64,000 bases of DNA, from positions 89,466,001-89,530,000 of the forward strand of contig OZ024741.1 in the NCBI GenBank assembly GCA_964016885.1, read 5' to 3'. Numbering within the stretch: position 1 is the first letter of the stretch; each line of letters starts with the position of its first letter. A model generated the notes under the pieces. It worked only from the letters and a program-made list of their open reading frames with translations, ran no database searches and was not told the origin of the DNA. This document shows, piece by piece, positions 42,362-55,269 of the stretch. A program made the position numbers and the translations under genes. This DNA comes from Eledone cirrhosa (Eukaryota).

Positions 42362-42698
42362 TGGAGGCACTTGGCTTAGTGGTTACAGCATTGGCCTTGC
42401 AATCGAAAGGTTGTGAGTTTAATTCTCAGACCGGGTGATGTGTTGTTTCCTTGAGCAAGACACTTTATTTCACAATGCTCCAGTTTACTCAGCTGTAGAA
42501 ATGAGATGATAGGACTGGGGTCCCTATCATTCCACTGCAAAGTGGTCGTGTAGGTGCCACGGAAAAAAGCACCCAGCACTCACTGTAAATGAGGTTGGTG
42601 TTAGGAAGGGCATCCAGCTGTAGAAATCAAGCCAGAATCAGTTCCCGTCCCACCCTTGCAAGCAGGGAAAAGCGGACGTAAAATGATGATGATGATGA
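42362..42698 (+). mobile_element. tRNA-head/RTE-tail SINE inserted in PLE-1 3' region
   Basis: A box, B box-like segment, CORE-like block, (GAT)n tail. Confidence 0.88.
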
Positions 42699-43557
42699 TT
42701 ATAATATAAATTATAATTAATTATTAGGTTAAACATTAGATGAAACAATATATTATTAAATATCTTTAAACATTCTTTAAAATACTAAATATTTAGAGTT
42801 ATCTTCCCTAAAAATTTTCTTTGCTTACAATTCACATATACGATGCATTTCAACTTGCATAAATGTTTAAATATTATATTACTAACCATATGCAATAATA
42901 GATTATACATAATACTATACATTTTTACTTAAAAAATATAATTACTTAGATATTCTTAAAATATATGTATAAAATGCATATATATTATTGCTTGATCTAT
43001 CTTACACTCATTTATAAATCTATGTGTATATATATACTTAAATAAGATCTATATTCACGCATAATCATTTATGTACGAAATTATTTTTTATTTTTTAAAT
43101 AACAATATATAATAATGTCTTATAATATACTTCAATACATTATATTTATAACTACATTCATATTATATTGTTGTAATTGCTTTAATGAATTAATAGTTTA
43201 TAATTTAATACAATACATTATAATTCTCATCTAAATATTATAAATACATCCATATTCTTAAAATATATATTAAAAAATTAAATAAATAAGTAAGTATAAT
43301 TGTATATATCTTTGGGTGTATATATGTATACTTCTATAACTAATTCTAAAATAACTCTACAATAATTTTTCAACTTATAGCAAACCCTTAAAAAAGATTT
43401 AAATAAGGCTTTAAAATTTATCTAGCGTCTAAACTTAACATTTTTTTTCAGTTTTAATGTTATCCTCATTAGCTGCACCTTTCTATTCACTATCTACACT
43501 AGACTTAAACCACTAAGTTCACATGAACATATGTCACTATCTTAACACAAATTATTA

Positions 43558-43618
43558 TATTTTATCTGATGAAAGCGTACTTAAATATTAGTACACTTGA
43601 AATACGTATAATAAAATA
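43558..43618 (+). ncRNA. Minimal type I hammerhead ribozyme (PLE type)
   Basis: TATTTTAT-CTGATGA-AAGCGTACT taaatatt AGTACACTT-GAAA-TACGTA-TA-ATAAAATA: 8-bp helix I, 9-position helix II with one mismatch, palindromic helix III. Confidence 0.88.
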
Positions 43619-43737
43619 AATATGGTTTTATAAAGATATTTTCCATTTATTAATATTAATATATATATATATAAATGAAGTAATTCCGTCGGAAAAGTCC
43701 AGGAAAAAAGAGTGCTCTATGTAGGTAACAGAGCTTA

Positions 43738-43797
43738 ATAGTTATGTAATAAACAACATAAGGCAAATGGAATATTTGCCTTATGTTGTTTATTACA

Positions 43798-43804
<7 letters not shown>
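43738..43804. repeat. Perfect 31-bp inverted repeat with 5-nt loop
   Basis: ATAGTTATGTAATAAACAACATAAGGCAAAT ggaat ATTTGCCTTATGTTGTTTATTACATAACTAT. Confidence 0.95.
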
Positions 43805-43837
<33 letters not shown>

Positions 43838-43898
43838 GTATATATATATATATACAATGATATTAAATAAATGGAAACTATATTTATAAAACCATATT

Positions 43899-43963
43899 TA
43901 TATTATTATATATATTTCAAGGGTAACCAAGACAGCATTGGTACGCTCTCATCAGATAAAATA
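43899..43963 (-). ncRNA. Minimal type I hammerhead ribozyme, diverged relative of 43558-43618
   Basis: Minus strand TATTTTAT-CTGATGA-GAGCGTACCAA tgctgtc TTGGTTACCCTT-GAAA-TATATA-TA-ATAATATA. Confidence 0.82.
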
Positions 43964-44118
43964 CAAAGTTTGTTTTATAAATAGATGATATACCCATGAA
44001 AATCATACCTTATCGGTTGGAAATTCAAACTTATGTGTGAATATGCAAAACATTTATGTTTGTCGGACTTCCAACAAATTAAATACCACTTCTACTTATA
44101 TATATATATATATATATA

Positions 44119-44900
44119 TCACCATCATCATCATCATCGTTTAACGTCCATCTTCCATGCTTGCATGGGTTTGGACGGGAGTTTTCCCACTTGATGCAAG
44201 ATTGGTTGTCTTGCTCGTATAGGACTGTCTGGCGGGTCTTCTATGGCTGGATGCCCTTCCTAACACCAACGACGTTTACAGTGTGGACTGGGAGGTTTTT
44301 ACCGTGTTACCTACACGGCCACATTACAGCATGGACTGTGTGTTTTTTTGTCGTGACACCTACACGACCTCATTTATTTAGGACTAGATGTTGTGGTACC
44401 AACATAACTTTACATTGGAAGGGGTGGTGTGGATGGAGTGGGGGTAGTGGGGCCGGGGTGTATTTTTGTTAGAGATGCCTACTGACTGTAGGTTTCGCTT
44501 TGTACTTAGGCAAGGCGGGGTCTTCTGTATTACTGTGTAGCGCCAAAGATCTCGGTCCAGTGACATTGTCTTGGAGAGGTGTAAGTGTGTGAGGTCAGAA
44601 ATTATCAAGTCCCAGGTTTTTCTGGGTCTGCCTACTCCGTGGCTACCGTCTATTTTTATCGCCCTGCACTTTTTTATACAGCTGTCGTCTTTCATGCGCA
44701 TCACGTGTCCATACCAACGTAATCTTCTCTCGAGTAAACAACATCTGATCCCTCTTATTCCTAATTTCTCCCTTAGTTCATTTATGCTTTGCCGTTCACG
44801 TATATTACTATTACACATCCAACGGAACATACAAGCTTCGTTCCTCTCCAGTCTGCGTATATCCTCTGCACGCAATGCCTAAGTCTCACTGCCATGTAAC
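44119..44900 (-). mobile_element. 5'-truncated RTE LINE, close relative of 55270-58900
   Basis: ORF 44384..44875 AEDIRRLERNEAC...RLRWYGHVMRM...GRPRKTW; (CAT)n tail at ~44119. Confidence 0.9.
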
Positions 44901-44917
44901 ATATATATATATATATA

Positions 44918-44978
44918 TATATCATGATGATATCACCGGATTCATACGGAACCCGGTCGTTGAAATGATCATAGTATA
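44918..44978 (+). ncRNA. Degenerate hammerhead in a ~110-bp island flanked by (TA)n
   Basis: c-ATGATGA (core altered)-tatc ACCGGATTC atacg GAACCCGGT cgtt-GAAA-TGATCA-TA, then AATAAA. Confidence 0.55.
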
Positions 44979-45023
44979 ATAAACCTTTCAAGGATTTACA
45001 CAAGTCCAGCCTCCTGTCATTTC

Positions 45024-45093
<70 letters not shown>

Positions 45094-45115
45094 GTGAATA
45101 TATATATATATGCGT

Positions 45116-45790
45116 GAAGGCACATGGCTTAGTGGTTAGAGCATTGGCCTTGCAATCGAAAGGTTGTGAGTTTAATTCTCAGACTGGATGATGTGTTGTT
45201 TCCTTGAGCAAGACACTTTATTTCACATTGCTCCAGTTTACTCAGCTGTAGAAATGAGATGATAGGACTGGGGTCCCTATCATTCCACTGTAAAGTGGAC
45301 GTGTAGGCACCACGGAAAAAAAGCACCCAGCACTCACTGTAAATGAAGTTGGTGTTAGGAAGGGCATCCAGCTGTAGAAATCAAGCCAGAATCAGTTCCC
45401 GTATGAGCAAGACAAGGTCAGCCAACCGGACACTGCTCACAACAGGACAACCCGTCTAACCCATTCTAGCGTGGAAGAACGGACGTAAAACGGTTATGAT
45501 TATGATATTTATATATCATCATCATCATCATTTTACGTCTGCTTTTCCCTGCTTGCAAGGGTGGGACGGGAACTGATTCTGGCTTGATTTCTACAGCTGG
45601 ATGCCCTACCTAACACCAACCTCATTTACAGTGAGTGCTGGGTGCTTTTTTGTCGGGCACCTCCACAACCACTATACAGTGGAATGATATGGACCCCAGT
45701 CCCTATCATCTCATTTCTACAGCTAAGTAAACTGGAGCAAGGTGAAATAAAGTGTCTTGCTCAAGGCCAATGCTCTAACCACTAAGCCAT
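45116..45790. mobile_element. Two SINE copies tail-to-tail (45116-45505 +, 45517-45790 -)
   Basis: Same family as 42362-42698; the second has an internal deletion. Followed by an RTE 3'UTR (45815-46205 +) and a partial SINE (46283-46522 +). Confidence 0.85.
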
Positions 45791-46536
45791 ATGTATATAT
45801 ATATATATATATATCCTTGCCTAAGTACAAAGCGAAACCTACAGTCAGTAGGCACCTCTAACAAAAATACACCCGGCCCCACTACTCCCCACCCCATCCA
45901 CACCACCCCTTCGAATGTAAAGTTATGTTGGTACCACAGCATCCAGTCCGAAACAAATGAGGGAGTGTAGGTGTCACGACCAAAAAACACACAGTCCACT
46001 CTGTAATGTGACCGTGTAGGTAACACAGTAAAAACCTCTCAGCCCACACTGTAAATGTGGTTGGTGTTAGGAAGGGCATCCAGCCGTAAAAAACCCGCCA
46101 GACAGTCCTATACGAGCAAGACAACCAATCTTGCCTCAAGTGGGAAAATTCCCGTCCAAACCCATGCTAGCATGGAAGATGGACGTTAAACGATGATGAT
46201 AATGATATGTATATATTTATATATATATATATTTATATATATGTATATATTTATATATATGTATATATATTTATATATGTATAGATGTGTTGTTTCCTTG
46301 AGCAAGACATTTTATTTCACATTGCTCCTGTTTACTCAGCTGTAGAAATGAGATGATAGGACTGGGGTCCCTATCATTGCACTGCAAAGTGGTCGTGGAG
46401 GTGCTATGGCAAAAAAGCACCCAGCCCACACTGTAAAGTGGATGCGTGTAGGTGCCACGGAAAAAAGCAACCAGCACTCACTGTAAATGAGGTTCGTGTT
46501 AGGAAGGGCATCCAGCTGTAGATATTTGTATTTATA

Positions 46537-46602
<66 letters not shown>

Positions 46603-46787
46603 GATAAATCTACCAAGAGTTTACGGTAGTGTCCAATCCGTATGAAGAACTCAATGTATTCCGGATATCATGGAAAGAAGAGATGTAATGAAAAACCACT
46701 TTCGGTGAAAGATAAACGGTATACAGAGTCAAGATAAAATATTAAACAAATAATGAATAAACAATTCCTTATATTAAACAAAAAAAG

Positions 46788-46942
46788 TTCATTATTTAAC
46801 GATCGTTTCTAGGATATATATGTGTTAGAATTGGTATGCATATTCAACAGATCTATGTACAAAATTATACAAAATTATACAAATTATCAAGATTAAATAT
46901 ACATACCAAACACATATATACGCCGTCTTCAGAAATAATGAA
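46788..46942 (-). ncRNA. Hammerhead ribozyme with long helix II (mirror copy)
   Basis: Reverse complement of 54567-54721. Confidence 0.75.
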
Positions 46943-47765
46943 GTATATTTATTGATAATAACAACAATTCAAAATTTCAGTTCAAAATTGACCAATGAAA
47001 ACACAAAGGGTTAAATGCAGTTCTGTGTGTGTATATACATGTAAAACCCTTACACATATTTTACAAAAATGTATGTATAATTTGTATACGCATACTAAAA
47101 GGATGGATGCAAATACAAAATTTCAAGGTTAATGTCTCTGTAAGCTTACAATGCGCAGATAAGATGCGCATTGATACTTATGAAGTCAAGTATATAAATA
47201 TATTTTTACATACTCACACATATCAGTACAATCACACATACACGCGCGTATATGCATAAATATACACATAACCACGAACATACAAACACACACACACCCC
47301 CACTCACATTTATATATGTGGATATAAAATCATAAGCACATGGATATTAATTCACTCACATAAAACACTGGCACACACATTTTTAGATCAAGATACAGAA
47401 ATTAGGTGGGAGGGGGGGGGAGGGGTCAGTATTCAACTGTCTGAGCAGACTGCCTAATATAAATGTATCTATAAATTAAGAAAAATAAAAAAATAAAACA
47501 ATAAAATATAATAAATATAATATAATATACATACACATACAGATATATACACATACATACATGTACACACACATAGAAATATTTACGCATACACACATAC
47601 GCATACAGTCATACACACACATACACCTACACGAACATACACATACACATATATAAAGATATATATATATATATACACACACACACACGCAACACATACA
47701 CACATACACATATATATAAAAAATAAAATATAAAAGATAAAAAAGATATATACATATATATATAT

Positions 47766-47806
<41 letters not shown>

Positions 47807-48197
47807 CATACACATACATCTAAATATACATACACATACATACACACATACATGTACATACATGTACATACATATACGTACATCGATATACATATATATA
47901 TATATATATATACACACACATAGACATATAGATACATACACACACAACTTACATACACACATATATATATACACGTATATTCATACATAGAATTAGATAT
48001 ATAATCATACATACATATGCACTTACTTATACTCATATATACAAATACATACGCATCCATATATGCGTATATACATAAAAAACCACTACAACCTCACCTA
48101 ACTCAGACATACAAATAAAAATAATAATAAAAAGGCATATGTATATACATACACACACGCATTAATAGAGATATATATATATATACACACATACATA

Positions 48198-48237
<40 letters not shown>

Positions 48238-48634
48238 CACATATATATATATATACACACACATACACTCATACATATATATATATATATATATACACAT
48301 AGATATCCACACACTCATACCACCATAAATACACATACAAACACCCACATATACATATATATACACACGTATATATATATATATATATATACACGCACAT
48401 ATATATATATTTTTTTACACTTATATATACACATATTATATACACATACACAATCTCACTTATACACACATACACATAAGTTATATTATAATAATAAAGA
48501 ATAATATATATATCTATATACATATACATATATATATATATATACATACATACATACATATACATACATACATATAAACATATACATACATAAATACACA
48601 CATACGAATATAGACATATATTCACACATAGACA

Positions 48635-48693
<59 letters not shown>

Positions 48694-50221
48694 ATATACA
48701 CAGACACATATACACACTCACATATATATATATGTGTGTGTGCGTGCACACACACATATATACACACACACACATATACACATAAACACATACATATGCA
48801 TACATGCACACACACGCACATATATCACATAGATACGAAGATAAACATATAAATAGAGAGACATACATATATATACAACACACATACACACACATACATA
48901 CACACGCATATACATATACATATATATATACATATATATATCCCTATATATACATGCATACACATATATACACATATATACACATACATACACATATACG
49001 TACACACATTCACATACACATACATATATAATGCATATATACACATATATACATACATATACACACTCATATATACACACGCAATCTTACATTCATATTT
49101 GCATGCGCATATATGTATTTTTATATTTAGATATAAATACCCAAACCTATATAGACACCTACCTACATATATATTCATACATAGACGCTTACAAATACAG
49201 ATGATAATAGTATGGGGGAAAGGGGGGGTTTGGAGAAGGGGATCAAAGTAAATATATGTTTCAAGAAACATAAAATATTTTCCGTATCTTTATCCAATGT
49301 ATGTTCTTACATATTTTCAGTGTTAGGAAATACAGCAAACAGGGACTAAGGCAAAATCTATGCATCTCAAAATAAATAAGTATACCATTAATCATATGTT
49401 AACTAAACCAAAGATAGTCAACATATTGATTTCTAAGGTGTAAAATAGTTAGGTTTATAATATTTGAAGCAGAATTTTGAAGTTAAACAGTAGTAGATTA
49501 TTAATTACAGTAAAAAATCTAATAATGTGTCACTCACCAACATCAACAACAAAACACACAACATAGTAAAAAAACTAAACATTGAAGATAGAACTGAACC
49601 CTTGGCATTGAAAAGACCACACTTCAACCTGAAAGATCACAAATCTAACTTTAACTCAAATCCTTCTATTAGACTTATATGTCCCTCCAAATCAGATATT
49701 GGAATAATTAGCAAAAAAATTTTAGATAGAGTCATCCCACAAATAAGAAAACACGTTATTTTACCACTCTGGGAAAACACCTCCCAGGTAATTAACTGGT
49801 TTAAAAATATTAGGTGTAAATCTTCTGCTTCTTTCCTACAATTTGATATAGATAATTACTATTCTTCTATATCACCTATACTCCTGAACAAAGCATTGAT
49901 ATTTGCTAAAAATAGATCTAACTTAACTTTGGATGACATTAACATTATTACACATGCTAGACTAACACTTATTGAATTTCAGAATGAATACTGGACCAGA
50001 AACACATACAGTAATCTTTTTGATATTACTATGGGTTCAAGCGATTCCGCCCAAATTAATCTATAAATTAAATTACTAAGTATATATTAGTAATATTTAA
50101 AGGTTTTTCACAATTTATGATTACATAATATTTTATATTCTCATCTGTAATAAAATATTAATTAAATTAAAGTTATAGGTTAACTAACATTTAAATTAAA
50201 TTAATTTCTAAAATAATGTTA

Positions 50222-52257
50222 TTAATTAGGTTTATAATATTTAAATGTTTTTTTTAGTTTATGATTACACGATATAATTATTTCCTGTCGTTTATTTAAT
50301 AAGATATCCTTAGACTTCATTATTTCAAATAGTTCTTGGGAACATAATCTACATTCATTTCTATTATTTTGATAAGGGGTGGCTCTTTTGAGCACACTCC
50401 AGGTCAAATCATATTTTATATTCTTATTTTTATAACTATTGATTTTTTCTGCTAGAGATGTTGTATTAGCCAGTGCGGCATTTTTAAAACTATGCTTGTG
50501 GGTATTAAACCTTGTCTTAAAATTGTTAGAGGTAGCTCCTATATATGAGCAAATAGAATCTTTAGTTTTAACATTACATTTATAGACTATGTTGTTAACA
50601 AGACAATTCCCTTTTAATGGGCAGTTTGCTTTGTTTCTACAGTTACATCCTTTCGTTAATTCTGTATTTGAGGAGATATTATGGTTAATTTGATGTACTG
50701 GTGGTATACTTATGGTTTTCTTACATTTATATGCATTATATGCACTTATATTTTGTTTTATGTTATTTGTTGTAGAGTATGAGAATTTAACTGTAGACCT
50801 ATTTAAGATTTGATGGTATTTGTGGTTTGGCGGGAAGTTTTTCTCAAGGATATAAAAAAATTTTTTAGCAATATTATCCTTAACTTGTAAATTAAAGGAG
50901 CATTATACCAAGTAACCCGTCTATTACGGTTTCTATGTTGTTTATTATTTTTATTATTTTTATAGGTTGTATCGTGATTTTTACTAGGAGGATTAATGTT
51001 AATGATCTCACCACAACTATTTTTAGTTATATTTGTAGATTTAGGTGTTTTATCCTTTTTATTAGGAGTTTTATTATTAATATTTATTATAGTTGTATGA
51101 TGAGTAGTTTTTTGAGAGTTACTATACTTTATATTAGAAGATTTAGTATTTTGGGGTATAGTGTGGGTGGCATTTAGGTGTGTACTTTTCATTTGGTGTT
51201 TGTTGGTAATATTATGTTGTATGCTTTCAGTATTCTTAGTAGAAGGTATATACTCTAATCTATTTTTGTGGCCACTTCTATCTAGAGCTTCGTTATAGAA
51301 GGTCGCATTTTTATCAAATACATCTTGGTTAGAAGAAAGGTTAGAAATTCTAAGTGATATGTTATATGCAAGGTTTTTAAGGATAGATTTAGGGTGATTA
51401 GATTGTGAGTGTATGTAATGTAAGTTTTGGTTAGGTTTATGGTAAGGTTGGTAGATACCCGTAGCTAAATCTAAAGTTATATCTAGGAAATTTACTACTT
51501 TACTTGTTTTTTCAAAAGTAATATTAAGATTATAATAGTCTTTAAGGAAAGTTCGAATATGTTTTTTGTTTTTTTCGATTTCTGAAAGGCTAAGGTTGTT
51601 AGAAAGAAGAAGACAGTCATCACGATATAAACCACCTTTGAGGTGGGGAAAAGAGGCATTTATGTTGAAAAGGAGAAAGAGGCCCACAAGATCAGTAATT
51701 TGGGCGGAATCGCTTGAACCCATAGTAATATCAAAAAGATTACTGTATGTGTTTCTGGTCCAGTATTCATTCTGAAATTCAATAAGTGTTAGTCTAGCAT
51801 GTGTAATAATGTTAATGTCATCCAAAGTTAAGTTAGATCTATTTTTAGCAAATATCAATGCTTTGTTCAGGAGTATAGGTGATATAGAAGAATAGTAATT
51901 ATCTATATCAAATTGTAGGAAAGAAGCAGAAGATTTACACCTAATATTTTTAAACCAGTTAATTACCTGGGAGGTGTTTTCCCAGAGTGGTAAAATAACG
52001 TGTTTTCTTATTTGTGGGATGACTCTATCTAAAATTTTTTTGCTAATTATTCCAATATCTGATTTGGAGGGACATATAAGTCTAATAGAAGGATTTGAGT
52101 TAAAGTTAGATTTGTGATCTTTCAGGTTGAAGTGTGGTCTTTTCAATGCCAAGGGTTCAGTTCTATCTTCAATGTTTAGTTTTTTTACTATGTTGTGTGT
52201 TTTGTTGTTGATGTTGGTGAGTGACACATTATTAGATTTTTTACTGTAATTAATAAT
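50222..52257 (-). mobile_element. Penelope-like element 2 ORF (RT + GIY-YIG), 5'-truncated, one frameshift at ~50895
   Basis: LKDHK, IRLICPSKSDIG, QFDIDNYYSSI, MGSSDSAQITDL, GGLYRDD, VNFLDI, SNHP, WYNAP, then in the shifted frame CNC..CPLKGNC, IVYKC..YIGAT..FKTRFNTH, CRLC, LLNKR..SCNH. Confidence 0.93.
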
Positions 52258-52799
52258 CTACTACTGTTTAACTTCAAAATTCTGCTTCAAATATTATAAA
52301 CCTAACTATTTTACACCTTAGAAATCAATATGTTGACTATCTTTGGTTTAGTTAACATATGATTAATGGTATACTTATTTATTTTGAGATGCATAGATTT
52401 TGCCTTAGTCCCTGTTTGCTGTATTTCCTAACACTGAAAATATGTAAGAACATACATTGGATAAAGATACGGAAAATATTTTATGTTTCTTGAAACATAT
52501 ATTTACTTTGATCCCCTTCTCCAAACCCCCCCTTGCCCCCATACTATTATCATCTGTATTTGTAAGCGTCTATGTATGAATATATATGTAGGTAGGTGTC
52601 TATATAGGTTTGGGTATTTATATCTAAATATAAAAATACATATATGCGCATGCAAATATGAATGTAAGATTGCGTGTGTATATATGAGTGTGTATATGTA
52701 TGTGTTTATGTGTATATGTGTGTGTGTGTGTATATATGTGTGTGTGCACGCACACACACATATATATATATGTGAGTGTGTATATGTGTCTGTGTATAT

Positions 52800-52854
<55 letters not shown>

Positions 52855-53206
52855 TGTCTATGTGTGAATATATGTCTATATTCGTATGTGTGTATTTATG
52901 TATGTATATGTTTATATGTATGTATGTATATGTATGTATGTATGTATATATATATATATATGTATATGTATATAGATATATATATTATTCTTTATTATTA
53001 TAATATAACTTATGTGTATGTGTGTATAAGTGAGATTGTGTATGTGTATATAATATGTGTATATATAAGTGTAAAAAAATATATATATATGTGCATGTCT
53101 GTTTTTTATGTGTGTGTATATATATATATATATATATACGTGTGTATATATATGTATATGTGGGTGTTTGTATGTGTATTTATGGTGGTATGAGTGTGTG
53201 GATATC

Positions 53207-53237
<31 letters not shown>

Positions 53238-53274
53238 GTATGAGTGTATGTGTGTGTATATATATATATATGTG

Positions 53275-53311
<37 letters not shown>

Positions 53312-53691
53312 ATGTATGTGTGTATATATATATATATCTCTATTAATGCGTGTGTGTATGTATATACATATGCCTTTTTATTATTATTTTTATTTGTATG
53401 TCTGAGTTAGGTGAGGTTGTAGTGGTTTTTTATGTATATACGCATATATGGATGCGTATGTATTTGTATATATGAGTATAAGTAAGTGCATATGTATGTA
53501 TGATTATATATCTAATTCTATGTATGAATATACGTGTATATATATATGTGTGTATGTAAGTTGTGTGTGTATGTATCTATATGTCTATGTGTGTGTATAT
53601 ATATATATATATATATGTATATCGATGTACGTATATGTATGTACATGTATGTGTGTATGTATGTGTATGTATATTTAGATGTATGTGTATG

Positions 53692-53732
<41 letters not shown>

Positions 53733-54566
53733 ATATATATATATGTATATATCTTTTTTATCTTTTATATTTTATTTTTTATATATATGTGTATGTGTGT
53801 ATGTGTTGCGTGTGTGTGTGTGTATATATATATATATATCTTTATATATGTGTATGTGTATGTTCGTGTAGGTGTATGTGTGTGTATGACTGTATATGTA
53901 TGTGCGTATGTGTGTATGCGTAAATATTTCTATGTGTGTGTACATGTATGTATGTGTATATATCTGTATGTGTATGTATATTATATTATATTTATTATAT
54001 TTTATTGTTTTATTTTTTTATTTTTCTTAATTTATAAATACATTTATATTAGGCAGTCTGCTCAGACAGTTGAATACTGACCCCTCCCCCCCCCCCCTCC
54101 CACCTAATTTCTGTATCTTGATCTAAAAATGTGTGTGCCAGTGTTTTATGTGAGTGAATTAATATCCATGTGCTTATGATTTTATATCCACATATATAAA
54201 TGTGAGTGGGGGTGTGTGTGTGTTTGTATGTTCGTGGTTATGTGTATATTTATGCATATACGCGCGTGTATGTGTGATTGTACTGATATGTGTGAGTATG
54301 TAAAAATATATTTATATACTTGACTTCATAAGTATCAATGCGCATCTTATCTGCGCATTGTAAGCTTACAGAGACATTAACCTTGAAATTTTGTATTTGC
54401 ATCCATCCTTTTAGTATGCGTATACAAATTATACATACATTTTTGTAAAATATGTGTAAGGGTTTTACATGTATATACACACACAGAACTGCATTTAACC
54501 CTTTGTGTTTTCATTGGTCAATTTTGAACTGAAATTTTGAATTGTTGTTATTATCAATAAATATAC

Positions 54567-54721
54567 TTCATTATTTCTGAAGACGGCGTATATATGTGTT
54601 TGGTATGTATATTTAATCTTGATAATTTGTATAATTTTGTATAATTTTGTACATAGATCTGTTGAATATGCATACCAATTCTAACACATATATATCCTAG
54701 AAACGATCGTTAAATAATGAA
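54567..54721 (+). ncRNA. Hammerhead ribozyme with 116-nt helix II domain
   Basis: TTCATTATTT-CTGAAGA-[54584-54699 long stem-loop]-GAAA-CGATCG-TT-AAATAATGAA: perfect 10-bp helix I, palindromic helix III, imperfect base of helix II. Confidence 0.78.
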
Positions 54722-54766
54722 CTTTTTTTGTTTAATATAAGGAATTGTTTATTCATTATTTGTTTA

Positions 54767-54926
<160 letters not shown>

Positions 54927-55252
54927 TGGAGGTACATGGCTTAGTGGTTAGAGCATTGGCCTTGCAATCGAAAGGTTCTGAGTTCAATTCTCAGACCGGG
55001 TGATATGTTGTTTCCTTGAGCAAGACACTTTATTTCACAATGCTCCAGTTTACTCAGCTGTAGAAATGAGATGATAGGGACTGGGGTCCTTATCATTCCA
55101 CTGCAAAGTGGTCGTGGAGGTGCCACGGCAAAAAAGCACCCAGCACTTGATGTTGGTGTCAGGAAGGGCATCCAGCTGTAGAAATCAAGCCAGAATCAGT
55201 TCCCGTCCCACTCTTGCAAGCAGGGAAAAGCGGACGTAAAATGATGATGATG
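54927..55252 (+). mobile_element. tRNA-head/RTE-tail SINE
   Basis: A box TGGCTTAGTGG, B box GAGTTCAATTC, (GAT)n tail. Confidence 0.88.
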
Positions 55253-55269
55253 ATATATATATATATATT

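Larger units (their letters stand above)
40460..43672 (+). mobile_element. Penelope-like element 1 (RT + C-terminal GIY-YIG), frameshifted, with long AT-rich 3' region
   Basis: QMDIANYYSSI, FDITMGSSDS, GGLYRDD, VNFLDVTL, SNHP, WYSPP, CNC..CPL..NCL, VYKC..YIGST..FKERWYNH, CHLC. ORF remnants at ~40460-42180; hammerhead near the 3' end. Confidence 0.9.

Noticed and set aside
47476-54080. Many Y/I/V/C/M-rich ORFs
   Set aside because: Translations of (TA)n/(TG)n/(TATG)n microsatellites.
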